From Folioceros fuciformis (lineage: Eukaryota): 20,000 bases of DNA. Both the position numbers and the translations under genes were made by a program. The stretch spans positions 314,140-334,139 of the forward strand of contig JBNGIO010006249.1 in NCBI GenBank assembly GCA_049999805.1. The letters are read 5' to 3'. Below, one piece after another: positions 19,731 through 20,000 of this stretch; the first letter of the stretch is position 1, and each line of letters starts with the position of its first letter. A model generated the notes under the pieces. It was given only the letters and a program-made list of their open reading frames with translations, did no database searches and had not been told where the DNA came from.

Positions 19731-19745
19731 AGGGTTTAGGGTTTT
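19731..19745 (-). promoter_or_regulatory. Telo-box (AAAACCCTAAACCCT on the minus strand) upstream of TRM4
   Basis: Exact AAACCCTA about 220 bp upstream of the TRM4 ATG. The motif is typical of plant translation and RNA-processing gene promoters. Confidence 0.55.
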
Positions 19746-20000
19746 TCAACCGCTTGCATGCATAAGGGGAGTAGATGTCCAGGCTCCTCAGGTGAGATTT
19801 TGATATGTGCCGCCTTGCCCATGATCTGTCCCTTTGAGGATGTTGTCCACGCCCTTGACAGCCGTTGGTGCTTTGGAGGAAGCTACGATTGCACCCCGAA
19901 TGGATGTCGTGATTATCTCCGCTTCCTTGTCCCTGCACAGGCCTGCTCTTTCTGGCAGGGACCTTTTTGGTCGGAGCAGTAGGATTAGGAGGTGTAGGAA

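Overview
Gene-dense land-plant nuclear DNA with short introns (about 80-140 nt), tight gene spacing and two scaffold gaps. The architecture suggests a compact non-seed-plant genome such as a hornwort or lycophyte (inference only). Six protein-coding genes are supported: the 5' part of 60S ribosomal protein L5 (minus, runs off the left edge), an intronless PSKR-like LRR receptor kinase (minus), an intronless CYP72-clan cytochrome P450 (minus), a 7-exon mTERF protein (plus), a 4-exon SABP2/MES-type alpha/beta hydrolase (plus) and a 2-exon TRM4/NSUN2 RNA m5C methyltransferase (minus). The most striking observations are two intact ORFs with substituted catalytic residues about 5 kb apart. The P450 has Ser in place of the axial heme-ligand Cys (FSSGRLVSVG instead of FxxGxRxCxG), lacks two heme-binding Arg positions and carries a Cys-rich N-terminal extension. 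The methylesterase has Cys in place of the nucleophile Ser (AHCYGG instead of GHSxGG), which is visible only after splicing. Also present are a probable U12-type intron in RPL5, a GC-AG intron in the mTERF gene, telo-box/site II promoter motifs and several small repeats. All splice models were derived by hand and have no transcript support.
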